A DNA stretch of 63,814 nt, filler included, from Cercozoa sp. M6MM (lineage: Eukaryota > Protista > Endomyxa: Ascetosporea), in NCBI GenBank assembly GCA_040357565.1. It is 11 parts of 11 records of this genome, joined end to end, with 100 filler letters (N's around TTAATTAATTAA, not from the genome) between each part and the next. Parts side by side here need not be neighbours in the genome. Positions count along the whole stretch, not along the records: positions 7,324 to 17,770 come from JBDODJ010000446.1; positions 17,871 to 19,380 come from JBDODJ010002010.1; positions 19,481 to 27,901 come from JBDODJ010000541.1; 8 more parts are not named here. One strand, 5' to 3'. The translations under genes and the position numbers were made by a program. This document shows, piece after piece, positions 11,495-22,720 of the stretch. The notes below the pieces were generated by a model. It was not told the DNA's origin. It saw nothing but the letters and a program-made list of their open reading frames with translations, and searched no databases. How positions within the stretch are numbered: the first letter of the stretch is position 1; the number at the start of each line of letters is the position of its first letter.

Positions 11495-14400
11495 ATGCTG
11501 CCCGTGCTTGACCTGCACAGCGACTTGCGTGTACAAATACTGTTCCTTCCAATTTGATATTGAAAGGTAGACTTTGGGTTTGCTCAATCGGCAGGATCTG
11601 CAAGGTCTCGCCAGCGAGGTCGAGCAAGAGATAGTGGAAGAGGCCGAGGCACAGTTGACGGAAAGTCAGTTGCATTTGCCTGACTTTGAAGCCATGACTA
11701 CAGAAGAGATCGATCGCTACATCCTGCAACAACTGGCGTTGCGACCGAGCGGAGCGTCCAGCGAACTGACCCGTCAGAATGGACAGTCCTCGACTTTGGC
11801 GTCTTCGTTCAGCATTGTCTTTTCTGATCGTGAGGCACGCCATTCGCGCTCGTCGCTCAAGCACAGTTCGCGGAGCAGTGCTGCCGCTGTTCCAACTAAC
11901 TCGGCACGGCACGCCGACACAGGCGATCTCAGCAGTATCGCGTCGACGCAAATGCGCGGCGGCGGTCTCTTTGACAACATGTTTCGCAAGACAAAGTCGA
12001 AGCGAAAGGATCGTCGCAAGCGGTACGAGCGATCCCATGATCCGTCCAGCGGCAACACCGACTTTAAACGAGAAGGGCGCCAAAGCCGCAGCCGTCGCTC
12101 CAGTAGAAAGAAGCTCGACTACTCATCCGGCACTCCAGCTCGTCGTCGGTCCCTCCCAGTCCGATTTCGCTCGCGACGCCGCTCGCACAGCCATGCAAAC
12201 GACTCGCGCATTGCACGCGGCGGCGGCGTTTCCGAGTCGCGCGAGACCAGACGATCCCGCTCGCGTCGAAGACGACGCAAAAAAACTCTGTCGATTCGAA
12301 GCTTGAAATCCTCGCACATCGACCCCAGCAGAAGTCGGAGTGTCTCTCCTTCGCGACGAACTTCTCGGTCCTCAGTGAAGCGAAGCAAACGGCCGAGTCT
12401 GCCGAGGTCACGTTCGGCGTCTCCACTGCGCAGCGCCAGACGAAACCGACGCAGACACGAAGAAGACTCCGAAGAGACAAGCATGCATCGCGAATTCAGC
12501 AGGTCGAGAAGCCCGGATCGCAGCATTGACGGGGCCAAGAAAACCGAGTCTCGCAGACCACGACGCGAGGCAAGCGAGTCTCCAAGAAAGCTGCGTCGAC
12601 GTAAGTCTGTGTCTTCAAAACCTCGCAGTAGTCGGCCACGCTCAAGTGTGGTGCGCGACAAGGTGCAAGACAAACACACACGCGAATTACGCGAGCTGAA
12701 AAAACTCCTCATGCTGGTAAGTTTAAACTTACGAAACTTGCCATTGCGTGTATAATCTAACCTTGAACCCGAACACCGAATGTGAACAAAGGAACGTGAA
12801 GAGCGACTCGCACAGCAACTGGCGCAACAACAAGCTGTCAAAACTCCGAGTCCTACTACTTCAGACAGGTCAGAACCAAAGGTGACCACCAAGGAGGCTG
12901 GGGTGAACACGGAGCACATGACAGCCGAGCAGATCGACGAGCTTCGCGAAGCGCAGTCCGAAATCGATGAGCGAGCGCGCGAGCTGCGACGACGCGAGTT
13001 GCGACTCGCGAAGCGTGAGCGCGCGGTTGAACGACGCGAGAAGAAAAACAAGCAGACTCGCGCCGAGTTGCTGCGAACGCTCGAAAAGGTGGCTCACAAG
13101 AGTGAGCAACTTAAGGAAGCTGAGGATGCGCTGCAGGAGCAACGGGTTTCTGACAACGTATATTAATCTTCTTCTGTCTTTGTTGTGAGTAACTTCACAC
13201 TACTCTATCTCGCAGGTAAAGAAACATCGCTACGGCACGAGTCACATCGAGCAGCTGCGGCGATACCGTCGTGTCTTACTACGACTGGACGATTTGTGCG
13301 ACGAAAGCACTGTCGACTCTCGCGACTCGACTGATATCACCGCAGTGCGCGAGAAGCTGTTGCGACAGTTTGTCGATGCGCACTTAAACGTGCTGCACGA
13401 AGGAAACGAGGGCGAGGTGGACATGCGAACCGCCTTGCGTAGAACGGAGTCGACACTAAACGAACGCGACTGGCAAAAAGAAACACGGTGAAACTGACTT
13501 CTTCCGGTTTTGGAGTTTTCCTGCCCTGTCGGTTACATACTTTGTACAGAAGACAACGAAAGCAAAAGCGCATTCAAGAAGACTTGCGACACCGTCAGGT
13601 TGAGGCACTGCGCCGCTCTCAACGCTCCATCAAACGCGTTGCTTTTATCTTCGCTAGCATGGACGAGAGCGACCCTTCAAGGTAAACTTACAGTACAGCT
13701 AAATGCAGTGAAGTTGGCCGATTGGCGACAAAAGAGCCCGAAACGACTGCTATTAGAGTAGCCCGCACACTAAGTGATCCAAATGTACTAAGAACTAGAC
13801 TTAGTGAAGTTTGGGCCACTATGGAGACACAAAGTTTTGACGAAATTCAATGGAATTGAAATTCATGCGTCACTGTCGGTCGAGTTTCAAAAGTCAACAT
13901 AAGGAGCTATAAACCACTAATTACGGACTAATTCTAGTTAGAACACCTAGTAACGGCGGAAACCTAGTGGTGCATGCGCTCTTAGGCGCTTTTCGTGCTC
14001 GGCCTGGCTGTTTCTCATGGCTTGCTCGACCTCTGCAACGAGCGACGTCACTTGTCGTTTGAATTCCTTCTCGAACTCGTCGTTCCTCTCGGTTTCCTCG
14101 CACCCAGGAACCTTGGTGAACAGGTAGGAGTCCTGCTGAACTCCATGACTTGTTGACCTGCTTCCGTTTCACAGCTCGAGTTGCCTCGTGCGAGTCGCTG
14201 GCGCCGCCGAGATAGACCATTTCCACCTCAACCACGTGCCGTAGCATCCAGCAAATCGTATGCTATCAAAGAAGCGTGGATAGAGAGTGATGAGACGCGG
14301 AGAAAGTACCAACGCTCTTCACGACTTTGGCACATCGTCTTCGGAAGGCAGCGAGTCCGGAATCGCCCTTCACCTCCGAAGACCTGAGCTTGCTCTTCAC

Positions 14401-15636
14401 ATAAGCCCAGAAGAACTCAATGCCATTGAGGTCGCAGTGAAACTTCGGAAGCCACAGCACTGTGAAGTTTAAAGACTTCGCAAGATCGTCAAGTCGTGTC
14501 TCCTTCTTGAAGATGCTTGGGAAGTTTGCAGACAAGCTTCTTCGTAGCGTGCTGACCGTTGCGAAGTCATGCCGACGGCACCTTGTCGGGAACAACACCT
14601 TGAGTTGTTGAGCGATCGTGTCCAAGCCGTACGTCACGCGCGTCATTGGATTGAAGAACCGCAGCATCGCTGCGCGGAGCGAAAGAGTGAAGACGAGGCA
14701 AGTACAACATGCGCGCCTGTTCGATCGCTAGAGTCGGCAGCAATGTGCGCCACAGGTGCTTGGCACACTCCAGTGCCTTCAGTGCAAGTGTGCAGTACTT
14801 ACAGACAAACAAACAGCACGAAATGGAGCGTAGTACCGCGCGAGAGATGGAGCGCTGCGTGCGCCCTTGCCGTGCAGGTGGCGGCTCGTCCAGGCCGCCA
14901 TTTCAACGGCGCAACGGTCCGCACTAAGGGCGCGTGCCGACCTGGTTCGCTTTCTAGCAGAGGTAACCACTTTCTTCTTTGGTTTGGGCGGCTCCGCGGG
15001 CATAGAATCGGCTAAAGCAGCCCTGTATTCGGCGAGAGCCGCCTTCACGGCCCTGGCCTTCTTGAGGGTTTCACACCTGCCACGATCGCGATTGCTAGGC
15101 CGTCCAGGTCCCTTGCCCATGTAGTTACACACCTATAGACAGCTTCACGTTAGGACTAAGACCTTGGCCAGTTGTTGTGCTCTGCATCGACTCAATTCCG
15201 ACTCAATGCCCGGCTCCTGGAAATTCTGAGATCTAGAGCACCTGAACCCCCAATCGCTTCAGGTCAGGCTTGTGCAAAAATAGCTCTAATCAATTTGTAC
15301 AGACAGAATCTCGTCTACTGCCCTGTACATAGGACTATTTTTGATCGGCCAACTTCACTGCATTTAGCTGTAGTTGGTTCTAGCCTTGAGGAGAGTGAAT
15401 ATTGTGCTTTTTGAAGTGTGTACTCGCTACTGGAGCGTATCGAAAAGCAGTCGAAGCGATGTGAACGTATGGAGCACGGGACACAGCGACGCGACCCGGC
15501 GACCATCCACGTGGCACAGGAGCAGCTGCTCGACCTGCATGACGAACTGCGACGGCATCTCGAGTCTCGCATTCGACACGAAGTGGCTAATTTACACGCC
15601 GAGGCATCCCGATCTGTCTCTCGCAGTGAGTCGTGA
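11495..15636 (+). CDS. Hypothetical Arg/Ser-rich coiled-coil protein; last intron contains a transposon
   Basis: MLPVLDLHSDLR|DLQGLASE... long RS-rich exon, then coiled-coil exons. ...DPS(AG|T)VYSLLERIEK... joins in frame across intron 13682-15416. Confidence 0.75.
13696..15370 (-). mobile_element. IS630/Tc1/mariner-superfamily DNA transposon (1675 bp), probably non-autonomous or internally deleted
   Basis: Perfect 27-bp TIRs CAGCTAAATGCAGTGAAGTTGGCCGAT at 13696-13722 and reverse complement at 15344-15370; TA target-site duplications at 13694-95 and 15371-72; internal transposase remnant. Confidence 0.93.
13921..15120 (-). pseudogene. Fragmented DDE transposase of the above element
   Basis: ORF 14266-14667 contains LWLPKFHCDLNGIEFFWAYVKSKLR, the third-catalytic-residue motif of the IS630/Tc1 DDE family. 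I could not join the upstream pieces in frame, and the first two Asp motifs were not seen. Confidence 0.8.
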
Positions 15637-15954
15637 TTATAAACACCCACTGGCACAACTGGCTGCATTGACTGTTTCGCCAGTGTGAATACTTCATGAT
15701 CAGTTGACGGACCGTTGACTAACGTAAATGACATAAACCAAACGAACGCACAGCAATGCTATTGCGCTGCCTGGTGTTGACGTGACTGACGCCCGGCCAG
15801 TAGCGGTGGTGTGACGGGCCACTTGCATGCGCGACGGCCGGGGTAAACTTGACTGAACTGTGCGTGAAGTGCCGTCATGCATTCTTGACTTTAAAAAGCA
15901 CCGTATTGTCGAACTTGTCCAACCTCACATGCGCCCACATTGAGTGACCAACAA

Positions 15955-16530
15955 TGGCTACAGAGTGCACAGTTTATGGGTGCCCGCGCAGTAAATTTTA
16001 CACTGTGCAAAACAGATCGATACTCTCGGAAGTCGGCTCGATGAACACGATGCACTCACGTGCAGACTCGCGGAAAGGCGCCTTGTCCAGCGCCACCAGT
16101 TGTGCAAACAGGTCTACACATCACACGAGAGCGCATTGGCACCACACACGTACAAGTATGAGAGCGAAGACATCACAGCTAACAATACCGTTGAGTGTAG
16201 AGCTCGCACACACAAAGACACGTGCGAGGGCGTCTTTGGTCTCCGCATCTCTCACAGCGATCGTTTTGGTGTTGAGACCGCGATCACCTGCCGTCTGTAC
16301 AGCACACAGATCAACGAGGTCATGCCACAGCACAAGACAAAAGTTACCCAAGTCTTGACTTTCATTTTGAGCGGTCGCTTCAACCGGAGTCGAAGTCCGG
16401 ACGGCGACTGCGACGTTTGGAGCTGCAAACGGTGTGGCTTCTGCGACGTCAGCAACGACGTTTCCACCGGCGGCGTTTGTGTCTTTTGGTGGACGTGCAG
16501 AGGCATACGTGCGCTTGCCACTGACTGCAC
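15955..16530 (-). CDS. Hypothetical protein exons (boundaries uncertain)
   Basis: Minus-strand exons SGKRTYASARPPKD...ESQDL|GDRGLNTKTIAVRDAETKDALA linked by GT-AG introns. Confidence 0.4.
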
Positions 16531-17032
16531 ATTGACAACATCAGGTAGTATCAACTCGCATCAAAATGGTGGAGCTCAAGTACCGGCGAGAAAGAAAGAG
16601 TATGCGCACGTTGATGCTGTCTTGGTGATGTAGGCTGCGCCGGTGGTGTTAGCATCTAATACACAGGCGACAAAAATGCATAGGTGATAGAACACAAGGA
16701 CACAACGTAGCTGACAAATAAATTGGAAACTTAAAATACCTCGCTACTCTCGATTGAAAGTTGTCGCTGAATGTCATGCAGCCATACTCCTTCCGTACGT
16801 GGTGACCAAGCCTGCAGTAGTGCATGACTTCCTCGCCTTTCCAAGCTTGCGCGAGTAAATCACAGTGAAGTCAATTTACAGGAGGTGGTGGCAATGGACT
16901 TGTGTGACTACGTTTGTGCATTCTCTTTCTCTTGGGATCCTGCACATATCGAAACTTAAACCATACACGCATGACCACCACAAGTGCAAACACAAGATAC
17001 GGGAATCTTGACACGCAAGGCCGGCACGTCGC

Positions 17033-17730
17033 TCAGGTCCACTTCGCTGAGAACACCCTCCGACCCGTCTGCAGACACAGGGTAGAACGGAGCAATGCGT
17101 TTAGCAGAGACAAACATAAGGTGGTACTTGAAGACAAAAGAGAAGGCGATAACGGATCGTGATGCACTCGCTTGACTGGCTTGTCGATGTGCACGCCGCC
17201 CGATGCGTCCAGCACCTCGCCGTCAAAGTCGTCAAAGGCGTGGTCCTGCCCAGTCCAAATACCACCTATCGATGCAGCCTGAAAAGCAGACAAAACCTAA
17301 TACAGAAGCATACATTGACTTTGCTGCCTTCGTCGTCATCGCCGTGCTGTTGCGGTGCATTGAGCATTGAATTGTCGTGCTTCACTAACGAAGGATCGAG
17401 CAACAGCGACGGGTGTCGACGCAGTCGCTCCGAGGGAGGCACAGTGCGACCGTGTGGGAACAAGGCTGCCAGCACACGGTGCGCCGGCGGCTGTCGCTCG
17501 CGTCGCCGTATTTGATTGTCGCTGAGTGCTTGCTCTAAAATAACAGTCAGACACGTGCACATGCCGTGTGCGTGTGAGACAGTTGAAGCAGCAGAAAAAA
17601 AAACGTACGAGCAATGACCTGCGTGTCATCGATGTCGTTGCCGGCGTTGCGCCACGCGGTTTCGTGCTTGCTGACAGGTTCAACTTGACCCATCAGCACG
17701 ACTTTGCCCGACCGAAGTGCAAACCGACAC
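17033..17730 (-). CDS. Hypothetical protein, 3' exons of a gene cut by the contig end
   Basis: RFALRSGKVVLMGQV...DTQ|...QALSDNQIRRR...EGSK|AASIGGIW... with GT-AG introns. Weak resemblance to translation-GTPase domain III ends, unconfirmed. Confidence 0.45.
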
Positions 17731-17870
17731 TACACATAAGCACGTGCACGCACACACACACACACACACANNNNNNNNNNNNNNNNNNNNNNNNNNNNNN
17801 NNNNNNNNNNNNNNTTAATTAATTAANNNNNNNNNNNNNNNNNNNNNNNNNNNNNNNNNNNNNNNNNNNN

Positions 17871-19380
17871 TACCCCTTTCTTCCCTTACTTTTCTTACCT
17901 TCCTCCCCCAGGCAACATTGCCTTTGTGCGTTCGTTGGTGTCGTATGCCATCGGAGCTATCGAGACCGTCTCCAGTATCTTACCCTCTTACCCCCTACCT
18001 CTCTTACCCCTACCTTCCTCACCCCCTATCTCTCGTACCCCTACCTCCCATACTCCCTACCCCTTACATACCCCCTTTTGCAGGAAGCCGTCAGTCGACG
18101 TCCGCGTGGACGGGCGGCGAAAGCGGCGCCGTCGCCGACGAAATCCTCACTGAACTCGCCTCCAAATTCGTGGTACCTGGAAAGGGGTAAACTGGGGGTA
18201 AAACTGGGGGGTAAAACTGGGGGGTAAACAGGGGGTAAATAGGGGGGTAAACAAGAAGGTAAACAGGGGGGGTAAGGGGGTGGGGGGTAAAACTGTACCG
18301 CATGCACGGTGATGGCGTACATCTCGACAGAGTCACGCTGCACCGTGACCCCACCGCCACTGGGAGTACTAGTCGCGGTGGTCACCGAGACACCGTCATC
18401 AGTGGTGCACGTGTCCACTGGCACCAGTGGCATCACCGTCGACAGTGAGTGGGCCACGTGCCGACTCAGTGAGTCGGAGAACTGATCGATCGCTCCTCGC
18501 GTCACTGGGCCCTGCGGACACACCGTCGGTTTTGCCCCCCTGTTTACCCCCCTGTTTACCCCCCTGTTTACCCCCCTGTTTACCCCCCTGTTTACCCCCC
18601 TGTTTACCCTGTTTACCCCCNNNNNNNNNNTACCCCTTTCTTCCCTTACTTTTCTTACCTTCCTCCCCCAGGCAACATTGCCTTTGTGCGTTCGTTGGTG
18701 TCGTATGCCATCGGAGCTATCGAGACCGTCTCCAGTATCTTACCCTCTTACCCCCTACCTCTCTTACCCCTACCTTCCTCACCCCCTATCTCTCGTACCC
18801 CTACCTCCCATACTCCCTACCCCTTACATACCCCCTTTTGCAGGAAGCCGTCAGTCGACGTCCGCGTGGACGGGCGGCGAAAGCGGCGCCGTCGCCGACG
18901 AAATCCTCACTGAACTCGCCTCCAAATTCGTGGTACCTGGAAAGGGGTAAACTGGGGGTAAAACTGGGGGGTAAAACTGGGGGGTAAACAGGGGGTAAAT
19001 AGGGGGGTAAACAAGAAGGTAAACAGGGGGGGTAAGGGGGTGGGGGGTAAAACTGTACCGCATGCACGGTGATGGCGTACATCTCGACAGAGTCACGCTG
19101 CACCGTGACCCCACCGCCACTGGGAGTACTAGTCGCGGTGGTCACCGAGACACCGTCATCAGTGGTGCACGTGTCCACTGGCACCAGTGGCATCACCGTC
19201 GACAGTGAGTGGGCCACGTGCCGACTCAGTGAGTCGGAGAACTGATCGATCGCTCCTCGCGTCACTGGGCCCTGCGGACACACCGTCGGTTTTGCCCCCC
19301 TGTTTACCCCCCTGTTTACCCCCCTGTTTACCCCCCTGTTTACCCCCCTGTTTACCCCCCTGTTTACCCTGTTTACCCCC
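17871..19380. repeat. Exact 750-bp duplication (17871-18620 = 18631-19380) across a 10-N gap; probable scaffolding artefact
   Basis: The copies appear identical, including hypervariable intron repeats. Confidence 0.85.
17912..18528. CDS. Exon fragments of a hypothetical gene or genes; strand ambiguous
   Basis: Plus strand reads NIAFVRSLVSYAIGAIETVS|RSRQ...ADEILTELASKFV|; minus strand reads ...SVEMYAITVHA|VPRIWRRVQ*. Both have canonical splice sites. Confidence 0.45.
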
Positions 19381-19500
19381 NNNNNNNNNNNNNNNNNNNN
19401 NNNNNNNNNNNNNNNNNNNNNNNNTTAATTAATTAANNNNNNNNNNNNNNNNNNNNNNNNNNNNNNNNNNNNNNNNNNNNGGGGGGGGGGTAAAGCACCA

Positions 19501-22124
19501 CAGTGCCGCGACAGCCGCGTCGCAGCGGCGTGTCGATCAATTTCGACTCTCGCTCGGCGAAACGACCGATCGCGCCGAGTAACCGTCGTCGCGGCATGCG
19601 TCCGGGCGGACACACCACCAGTACGGCCGTACCTGGTCAAACAACCTTGTTTGTTCCTACCCAGATACCTACTATTTCAGTGTACCTGGCTGCAACTTTA
19701 ATTTCTCGTCGATCAGTGCTTCTTCGCTCTGGGGGGGGGCGGGGGAAAGGGAATATACAGGGAAGTAAACAGAGGGTAAACAGAGGGTAAACAACGGGGT
19801 TAACAGCGGGGTAAACAGTGGAGTAAACAAGGGGTATAGAGGGAGTAAAGAGGGGGGTAAAGAGGGGGGTAAAAACCGCCTCCAGTCGCTCGCGATTCGG
19901 TCGTTCGTGTCGCAAAAAATTCAGCACTCGCTTGGCCGCCACCACTGCTGCTGACACCTGGGGGGAGGGGGTGCAAACAAGGGGGTTTACAGCGGTAAAC
20001 AGGGTAAACAGAGGGTAAACCTGCAGAGCAAACTGCGGCATGGTCATAACGTCGACAGCAATGACGCCGAACACGGCCAGCAGCGACACAGCCACCGAGA
20101 CCTTGTCGGGCGGCACTCCCGTCGACGCCGACGCAGTCAACGCAGCGTACTCTGACGGCACGTGTGCTTCCAACTCATCCTTCTCTCCTGGGGGGGGGGG
20201 GGTAAACAGGGGTAAATAGGGGTAAACAGATAAACAGGAGGGTAAACAGAGGAGTAAACTGAAGGATAAACAGGGAGGTAAGCAGGGGGTGTCCACCGGG
20301 TAAACAGGGAGATAATCAGTAAACGGGGTTAAACAGAGTAAAACAGAAAAGTAAACAAGGAGTAAACAGGGGGTAAACGGGGGGAAGGGGTAAACAGGGG
20401 TAAACAGGGAGTAAAACACCAGCAAAAGCATCGCTGCCGACCATGCGCATATGAAAGGCGGCCACAGCCACGGCAGTCAACACAGGGAAGCCGAAGCACA
20501 GCGCCGACTGGAGTGCACGCAGTGTTGATGCCACCGCCAACCAGCGAACCTCCTTGACACGTGCCAGCTGCATAAGTGACAGCATGCGTTTCTCCCACGA
20601 CAGTGCCTTGACCTCGTGCAGGTGCTCCAGTGTCAGTCGCAGCAGCGACAGGCGTTTCTCCGTCGCTCTCAGAACGCGTCGTCGCAGTGCGCCGGAGGCA
20701 CTGGCCAGTGCCGCCACCGTCGCCAGAATCAACACGCACAGCACCGTCGCAAACACCGACGTCTTCGCTCCTGGGGGTGAGTGGATAAGGTAGGGAAAAG
20801 GAGGGTAGGTAGGGAGCAAATAGGAAGGAAAACAGGAGTGTAAACAGGGAGTAAACAGGGAGTAAACAGGGGATAAACAGGGGAGTAGACAGGAGGGTAA
20901 ACAGGGGTATACAGGAGGTAACAGGGGGGGGGGTAAACAGGAGTGTAAACAGGGAGTAAACAGGGAGTATACAGGGAAATAAACAGGAGAATAAACTGGG
21001 GGTAAAAAGGAGTAAGTAGGGTAACAGGGGGTAAACAGGGGAGTAAAACTACCCAAGTTGCAAAGCTTCATGAGAAAGANNNNNNNNNNNNNNNNNNNNN
21101 NNNNNNNNNNNNNNNNNNNNNNNNNNNNNNNNNNNNNNNNNNNNNNNNNNNNNNNNNNNNNNNNNNNNNNNNNNNNNNNAAGGAGGGCGTATACCTGATG
21201 CACATCATTGGTCATCAAAGTGAGCACTCCAGATGGCGTGAGATTCGACTCATCGTCAGTGCCAAACACCTGCTCGCTACTGCGCAGCGACAGCAGCTTC
21301 TCCACGATCACGTAGTTCAGTGCATTTCGCATGCGCAGCGACGCGTTCAGCGCCAACTGACGCGACAGTGCCTGCATGCCCGTCTGCGTTATCTTCGCCA
21401 CCACCTGCAAGCAAACCACTAACTAAGCAAAGCAAAGCTAAGCTAAGTGAAACCAAGCAAACCAAAGCAAAGCAAAGCGAAAGCAAAACGAAACAAAAAA
21501 AGAGGATTACCGCAAGCGACAGCAGCAGCGCGATTTTGGCCACCGAGGGAGGCGGCTTGGTCGGGTTGCGCTCGTTGGCAAAGTCCTGCAGCAGGCCGCG
21601 CATCCACATCACAAAGAGCGGCACCACAATGATGCGACCGATGGCACTGCAGATGCCGAGCAGCATGGCCATCGCGTAGAGTCGCTTGCAGGTGCGTAAA
21701 GCAAAGAGCAGCAGTCGCCACGGCGACGTCAGCAACGTCTTTCGCTCTCTTTCGTCCATAGCCGCTTTTGCTGTTTCCTCCGCTCTCCAGCTTTCTTCTT
21801 TGGCTTCTCCAGCTTCTCGAGCTTCTTCTTCGGCTTCTGCTTTCGCGCCGTGCGCTTCTCTTGTCATTTCGATCGAGGTGAGTTCACTCTGCATTCGCTC
21901 GCGGTCACGACGAGCTTCACGGCTCTGTTGGCTCCACCGCGCTGGCAGGTGCTTTCGCAGAGTGGCGTCAAGTTGCGCCACGGTGTCGTTCGGGAAGTGT
22001 GCGGCGAGATTGTCGAGATCGAAACGGCGCTCGATTGAAATTTCGCCGTTTGGAAGTCTTTTCAACAATACTCACACTTCTGTTAAACGAAACTGATCCG
22101 AAATTCGAAGTGAAAACTCACGCA
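19501..22124 (-). CDS. ABCC/MRP-type ABC transporter, N-terminal half (TMD1 and start of NBD1); 3' partial, internal N gap
   Basis: LRMRNALNYVIVEKLLSL, GVLTLMTNDV, ATEKRLSLLRLTLEHLHEVKALSWEK...ARVKEVRWL and VAAKRVLNFL match ABCC TMD1 motifs. Confidence 0.88.
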
Positions 22125-22720
22125 TCTTTTAGTTCCTTGCGCTTACTCGCCTTTCGTTGCTTTGTCCACGCAAAGCCACGCCAGAAGGGACACAGCTGCA
22201 CACGCAAACACCGACTGTCTTGGTTTCAGTGCTTCGACTCGAGTTTTTACAATTTAAACTACATTTACCTGCCGTCGCAACTTGCGCCACGTCGACTCGC
22301 GAGGTGCTGTTGACGGCAGAAGCGCCGCTCTGGACACCGAGTTGCCCACAGTGTCTGACATTGCCACCTACTACTATCTGATACTTAATTGGCGGTGCAA
22401 AGCCAGTGAGCTGGTGTGCCATGCTATCTTCGGTTTTTGAGTTCGCCTCGGCCTAGCACGCGTTGAAGCGCATTCTCACGAGCCTGACGGTTCATTTTTC
22501 GCAGTTGCGACAGGATCTATTCTGAACTCGCGTGTTTAGCTCTGAACGCCGGGCTAACTTGTATTTACACGTGCCACTGTTGGTGAAACTCCCGTGCAGA
22601 ACGTCCGCGCGGAACGAGGCAAAAGTAAAAACGTCGTGCAACTGCCAAGTCAGACAGTACGTTGAAAGCAGCGACCTGGTCTAAAGCGGTGAAAGTGAGA
22701 GTAAACTCCCTGCACGGACA

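Noticed and set aside
12119-13051. 310-aa minus-strand ORF and similar long antisense ORFs (24998-25609, 53873-54427)
   Set aside because: Shadow frames of GC-rich or low-complexity plus-strand exons.
17871-19380. Apparent tandem gene duplication (also 62619-63814)
   Set aside because: The copies look identical even in hypervariable repeats, fill the whole scaffold and are separated by 10 Ns, which is typical of a scaffolding artefact. Long reads would be needed to rescue it.
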